39,544 nucleotides of DNA, taken from assembly GCA_041632295.1 (NCBI GenBank), contig JBFKII010000002.1:1-39544 (forward strand), written 5' to 3'. The stretch is from Anaerolineales bacterium. Its GTDB lineage: Bacteria > Chloroflexota > Anaerolineae > Anaerolineales > JABWBV01. Position 1 is the first letter of the stretch. Each line of letters starts with the position of its first letter. The notes beneath the pieces are model-generated. The model saw only the letters and a program-made list of their open reading frames with translations. It was not told the DNA's origin and ran no database searches. Below, one piece after another: positions 35,106 through 39,544 of this stretch. A program made the translations under genes and the position numbers.

Positions 35106-37250
35106 CTAGATGAAGCGCTCCCGGATATTGGAACTGACATAATCCAGGGTCGCCACCGTGATGGTGATCAGCCAGACCGCCAGACCGGCCGATTCGTAGT
35201 TGAAGAGCCGGATCCACTGGATAAGGATAAAACCGATGCCACCGCCGCCGACCGCCCCGATGATGGTCGACATGCGCACATTGATATCCCAGCGGTAGAT
35301 CGTGAAAGAGATGAATGGCGGCAGAATCTGCGGCACGACAGCGTAGACGATGGTCTGAAGGCGACTGGCCCCGGTGGCTTGCAGGGCTTCGATCGGGCCC
35401 TGATCGATGCTCTCGATCGATTCGGAATACAGCTTTCCGAGCGCCGCGATGGTGTGCAGGGTAAGGGCGATCGTTCCGGCAAACGGCCCCAGGCCAACCC
35501 AGATCGTGCCGATAATGGCCCAGATCAGCGGCTCGATCGATCGCACGATGTTCATGATCGTTCTTGCGATCGAATAGACCACCATGCCGGTGCTGAACTC
35601 GTTGAGGGCGATGCGGTAGCCGTATAACGCGGCCAGCAAACCCAGCGAAGCGGCCCCGATCAGGGCGTTGCGGGTTTCCAGGTTCTCCGGGACGACACCG
35701 GCCAGCGGGATAGAAACAATGCCACGCGTGAAACCGATCCCCAGAATATAGCCGAAGGCGGCGGCGAGCAGGCCGATCCCGACTGCGGTCACCAGACGGC
35801 CGATGAAAGGGGCGGTTTGCCGGCCTATCCAGCGAAACAAACCCGTACCCAGCCGCCAGCCAAGGATCCAGAGCAGGAGCAGGAGCAGCAGCGATACCCC
35901 GGCCACCTGGACCGGGGCATCCGCTAGGCCTCCGAGCATCACCGAAGCCTGCCGGCTCAAAACTACCAGCAGCCATCCGGCCGGGATCAGCCCTACCAAT
36001 CCGCCTACGACCTCAATGAAACTTCCTGATATCGGCTCCATTAAGTTTCGGGCGGCGATGAAGCTGAATGGGAAAGCCAGGATGACCCCAAAAAAAGTCG
36101 CCATCAGACCAATCATGATCGTTTCCAGCATGCCTTGCAGTGCAAGCTCAATATCTTCGCTCAGGTTGCCGGTGAATAACTTGCCGCTCTCCTCTCGGAT
36201 GATCAGCGTATGGACCTGATCCCCGACAGCCGTGGACGGGATAATTACTTCCGGCACGAAAATGTTGGTGACGAATTCTCCATTTTCGTCGATCTGAATG
36301 GTGGTTTCTCCAACCCCGCGGGGTCGGAAAGGATTGCCGATCGGGTTTTTCCAGAGCAGGTCGACCTCCGCCTCAGGAGTGAAATTGCCCCCGGTGATGG
36401 TCAATTCGGTGCCGAAAGTCAGGCCGCCGGTCGAAAGCTCGCGCGTGCTGATGTCTCCGCAGGTGGGTGTGACGCTGATCCAGGCCTCCCCCTCCACCGG
36501 TTCATTGACCGGCGGCCCGGTAGCACCCTCCGGGCAGGGCGCCTGAACACGGGCGGTGGTTTCGACTGCGATATCCTCATATTCGAAAGCCGCCCGCCAG
36601 GGCCACGCTATTCGGCCCAGAATAACCTGGGTGTCCTTGTACTCGGCGATCGCCTTCTGCATGTCAATTTTCGTGATGTTCCAGCCCAGGGAAAAGATCA
36701 CCAGGCACAAAAAGGCGATCCCCCAGGTGAAAGCCGGCCTCTCAGCGGGGCGCGCCCCTACCTGGCCGCCGTCGACGACGTTCCACATGTGGAATGCAGA
36801 CAGGGCAGCTGCCGCAAACAAGGCGGTTCCGCCGTAAATCTTGCTCAGGTTTTCCGCCGGACCCGCCAGTTCGAAGATCCGATCCTGCACAAACAAGAGC
36901 AGGAACGCATACACAAGCCCCACCGCAATGTTGATGATCGTGCGGGTGGAGGCATCCTCCGCCATCCTGCGCAACAGGAGGTATCGCAGGGCGGCCGCAA
37001 ATACCATCAAGGCCAGCGTCTGGAGATAAATGAAAATGAAAAGCTGCCTGCTCACATCCAGGTCCGGGAATCGGGCCCGCTGGGCGATGGTCCAGATGCT
37101 GAGCCAGCCCAAAACCAGGAAGCTCAGGATGATGGAAATGCCCCGGCTGCGCTGCCCGGCGATGAACTGCCCCAGGCCCGGGACGAAGAATGACAGAATG
37201 GCATGCAGCATGGAACCCGGCTTCCGGCCGGGCTGGTTGTTCATGGCCAC
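35106..37250 (-). CDS. phnE: Phosphonate/phosphate-type ABC permease, greatly enlarged
   Basis: C-terminal RSIEPLIW, GKLYSESIE, EALQATGA, YRWDINVRMSTIIGAVGGGGIG; follows phnC. Confidence 0.88.
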   Translation of the reverse strand: MAMNNQPGRKPGSMLHAILSFFVPGLGQFIAGQRSRGISIILSFLVLGWLSIWTIAQRARFPDLDVSRQLFIFIYLQTLALMVFAAALRYLLLRRMAEDASTRTIINIAVGLVYAFLLLFVQDRIFELAGPAENLSKIYGGTALFAAAALSAFHMWNVVDGGQVGARPAERPAFTWGIAFLCLVIFSLGWNITKIDMQKAIAEYKDTQVILGRIAWPWRAAFEYEDIAVETTARVQAPCPEGATGPPVNEPVEGEAWISVTPTCGDISTRELSTGGLTFGTELTITGGNFTPEAEVDLLWKNPIGNPFRPRGVGETTIQIDENGEFVTNIFVPEVIIPSTAVGDQVHTLIIREESGKLFTGNLSEDIELALQGMLETIMIGLMATFFGVILAFPFSFIAARNLMEPISGSFIEVVGGLVGLIPAGWLLVVLSRQASVMLGGLADAPVQVAGVSLLLLLLLWILGWRLGTGLFRWIGRQTAPFIGRLVTAVGIGLLAAAFGYILGIGFTRGIVSIPLAGVVPENLETRNALIGAASLGLLAALYGYRIALNEFSTGMVVYSIARTIMNIVRSIEPLIWAIIGTIWVGLGPFAGTIALTLHTIAALGKLYSESIESIDQGPIEALQATGASRLQTIVYAVVPQILPPFISFTIYRWDINVRMSTIIGAVGGGGIGFILIQWIRLFNYESAGLAVWLITITVATLDYVSSNIRERFI

Positions 37251-37259
37251 AAATTCCTC

Positions 37260-38024
37260 CTAAGCCCCCAACCGTTCGGCTTCCTCACCGTAAATCTCTT
37301 TGAAGTCCTCATCGGTGATTTTTCGGATGTCTTCTTTTCCGCCTTCAAACACCAGGCCTCCGTCCCGAAGCCCGATGACCTTGGTCGAGTAGCGCTGGAC
37401 CAGGTCCAGAAAATGCAGGCTGCAGATGATGGTAATGCCGTCCTCGCGGTTGAGCTTTTCCAAAGTGCCCAGGATCGAGTGGGCCAGCACGGGATCCAGG
37501 CTGGCGACGGGTTCGTCTGCCAGGATGACCTTGGGATCCTGCATCAGAGCGCGGGCAATACCGACACGCTGCTGCTGCCCGCCGCTCAGGGAGTCCGCCC
37601 GGCTGCGTGCTTTTTCCGGGATGCCTACACGGGTCAGCACCTGGAGGGCTTTCTCGCGATCTTCCTTGCGGAAGCGGTTGATCAGGCTCCAGGCGGGGGG
37701 CGTGTACCCCAGCCGTCCGGAGAGCACATTGCGGATCACAGACGACCTGCGCACCAGGTTGAAGTGCTGAAAAATCATGCCGATTTCCCGCCGGACCATC
37801 CGCAGATCGGTCTGGTCCAGTGCGGTGATATCCCGGCCTTTCCAGAAGATCTGCCCTTCTGTCGGCTCGATCAAGCGGTTGATACAGCGCAGCAGCGTGG
37901 ATTTTCCCGAGCCGCTCAATCCGATCACCACTAGGAATTCGCCTTCCTCAACTTTGAAGGAAACATCGCGCAGGGCGACCGTTCCGTTGGGGTACACCAT
38001 TGTCAAATTCTTCACTTCCAACAT
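37260..38024 (-). CDS. phnC: Phosphonate ABC transporter ATPase
   Basis: GLSGSGKST, IFQHFNLV, LSGGQQQRV, ADEPVASLDP, SLH; ATG 38024 follows AGGA. Confidence 0.93.
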   Translation of the reverse strand: MLEVKNLTMVYPNGTVALRDVSFKVEEGEFLVVIGLSGSGKSTLLRCINRLIEPTEGQIFWKGRDITALDQTDLRMVRREIGMIFQHFNLVRRSSVIRNVLSGRLGYTPPAWSLINRFRKEDREKALQVLTRVGIPEKARSRADSLSGGQQQRVGIARALMQDPKVILADEPVASLDPVLAHSILGTLEKLNREDGITIICSLHFLDLVQRYSTKVIGLRDGGLVFEGGKEDIRKITDEDFKEIYGEEAERLGA

Positions 38025-38142
38025 AGGCAATCCTGTTCTCAGACCTTTGCGATACCAGCAGGGACCTGGCGACTCTCCTTTCGGCCGCCGTTTTTCTTTA
38101 CCTCTTGTTTCGCTTCAGGCCAGGTCTTTTTTCAAAAACTAG

Positions 38143-39314
38143 TCACACATCACTTTCAAAAATAAGGCTGGAAACGGAGCGGAACGGGACGGCTTAGGCT
38201 CAAACAGCGTTCAACCCAGTCCCAGCCAATTCGAAAATAGCTTTTATCTCGACGACTTTTATGGTCCACCAGATGACGGTAACCACACTTGACCACCCAG
38301 CTGCCCAGGGTGATCAACCAAACGAAAACAATACAAAAACCCAGCACCAGGCGTGCAATGCGGTCGGCATCATTCAGGTGAGTGGCTTCCAAATCAAAGC
38401 CGTGGCCTTTCAAATCGCCATAGGTTTCTTCCACCCACATGCGTCGTCGATAGATTTGGAGCAGAACTGCTTGGCCCGGCTGGTCGGAGACCAGATACCA
38501 GGGTTCCTCTTCACCCTTTTCCCAGTGCAAAATCAACCAGTACCAGCCGGCGTCGTGTTTCTTGGTCAAGCGCACCCAGCCGATGATGCGGGTCTGGCCG
38601 GGTTGCAGTGGCAGGCGATTGATTTTGAGCCAATCTTGTCCAGCCCAGCGGACCTTGTTTTTTCCTCGCTGGCGGATGACAAAATGCCAGTTTTGGCGGC
38701 GCAACCAGCGCAAAAGGCGCACCGATTGGAATTCGGTGTCCCCTACCACCCAGATTTCGACCTTTTTGGGCAATATTTGGGCCACTTTTTTGAACAAGGC
38801 CAGCTGTTCGTCAACCAGGGTATGTCCTTTGCGACCCCGCCGCACCGACCAGGCCAAGGGCAGGCTGCGTTTCTTGAAGGCGACACCGATCGACAGCATG
38901 CGATGATAGAAGCCCACTTTGGTCGTGTCGACCACCAGAATGATACGACCAGCAGGCAGCCGGGCAATGATTTCCTGGGCCACCGGGGCATACCATTTGG
39001 CCACAGCGACTCTGGGATTGTTCAGAAAGCGCCACAAGCGGTTCGTCAAACTCGGCAGTTTGCCCAGCAGCGGCCATTTGCGAGCAATCTTGGACAAATG
39101 CGGCTTGCCGCACAGATACAGCCCGCTCAAAAACAGAGCCATATTGCGAATGCGGGTGCGGCGCTCATCCGGCAGCCATTGAAAAAGTTGACGTTCAATC
39201 ATATGATACAGTTGAAGGTTGTTTGGCATCGTTGCCTCCGGAAAATGCTTTTTTGGCGAAAACATTTTATCCGGTTCGATGCCCAACCTTCATTTTCTTA
39301 AAAGTGATGTGTAG
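38143..39314 (-). mobile_element. IS4-family insertion sequence (1172 bp) with CTAG target duplication
   Basis: Terminal IRs TCACACATCACTTT / AAAGTGATGTGTAG (12-bp perfect core); CTAG at 38139-42 and 39315-18; visibly lower GC. Confidence 0.9.
38156..39229 (-). CDS. IS4-family DDE transposase
   Basis: VVDTT, GDTEF, EPWYL and YRRRMWVEETYGDLK (YREK motif); ATG 39229 follows GGAGG; stop overlaps the IR. Confidence 0.92.
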   Translation of the reverse strand: MPNNLQLYHMIERQLFQWLPDERRTRIRNMALFLSGLYLCGKPHLSKIARKWPLLGKLPSLTNRLWRFLNNPRVAVAKWYAPVAQEIIARLPAGRIILVVDTTKVGFYHRMLSIGVAFKKRSLPLAWSVRRGRKGHTLVDEQLALFKKVAQILPKKVEIWVVGDTEFQSVRLLRWLRRQNWHFVIRQRGKNKVRWAGQDWLKINRLPLQPGQTRIIGWVRLTKKHDAGWYWLILHWEKGEEEPWYLVSDQPGQAVLLQIYRRRMWVEETYGDLKGHGFDLEATHLNDADRIARLVLGFCIVFVWLITLGSWVVKCGYRHLVDHKSRRDKSYFRIGWDWVERCLSLSRPVPLRFQPYF

Positions 39315-39357
39315 CTAGTAGCCTGAATAATGTTTTAGGATCTATCTTTATAAAACT

Positions 39358-39486
39358 TGTCACCCTGAGCGACTGGAAGGTGCCGAAGGGTCTGTATCTT
39401 GCCAGATCGAGAACCTTCCACTCGCTGCCCCTTCGACTGGCGCAACGAAGTTGCGCCGCTCAGGGCATGACTCGGTCAGGATGACA
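39358..39486. repeat. REP-like palindromic element (TGTCA.CCTGA type)
   Basis: TGTCACCCTGA...TCAGGATGACA ends; internal GGCGCAAC-GAA-GTTGCGCC hairpin at 39439-39457. Confidence 0.7.
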
Positions 39487-39544
39487 GAATAGACGAAAAT
39501 AATTCTTATCCATTATTCGCGTTTTTTTTATCTTTCCGATGCGC

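Noticed and set aside
38261-39301. 346-aa ORF antisense to the transposase
   Set aside because: No motifs; most simply a shadow of the transposase frame

Overview
GC-rich bacterial chromosomal window, most likely Chloroflexota/Anaerolineae (inferred from the RpoC insertion pattern, Pro/Thr-linker PD40 kinase and enlarged LivM/PhnE). Contents in order: PerR-like Fur regulator with a P1B-4 ATPase; membrane Ser/Thr kinase; an unknown 804-aa duplicated helical-bundle/PH-like protein; gyrB; livKHMGF with an ornithine cyclodeaminase-family gene; MFS; YbhB; a tight cinA / amidohydrolase-CYTH / AhpD-like operon; IMPase; osmC; stand-alone rpoC; a ParC-like topoisomerase subunit; GH25-like/SnoaL protein; HD protein; SanA; phnCE; an intact IS4-family element with CTAG duplication; several palindromic repeats. 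Best leads: (1) the AhpD-like gene is one CxxU selenoprotein split by an in-frame TGA, in an operon with a degenerate CinA and a deaminase-CYTH fusion; (2) the duplicated BAR-PH-like protein with an Arg-rich N-terminus; (3) rpoC without rpoB, with its own promoter and an attenuator-like leader hairpin; (4) a short CTTCG...CTCAGG core nested in three different palindromic shells. All functional calls come from motif recognition only; no searches were run.
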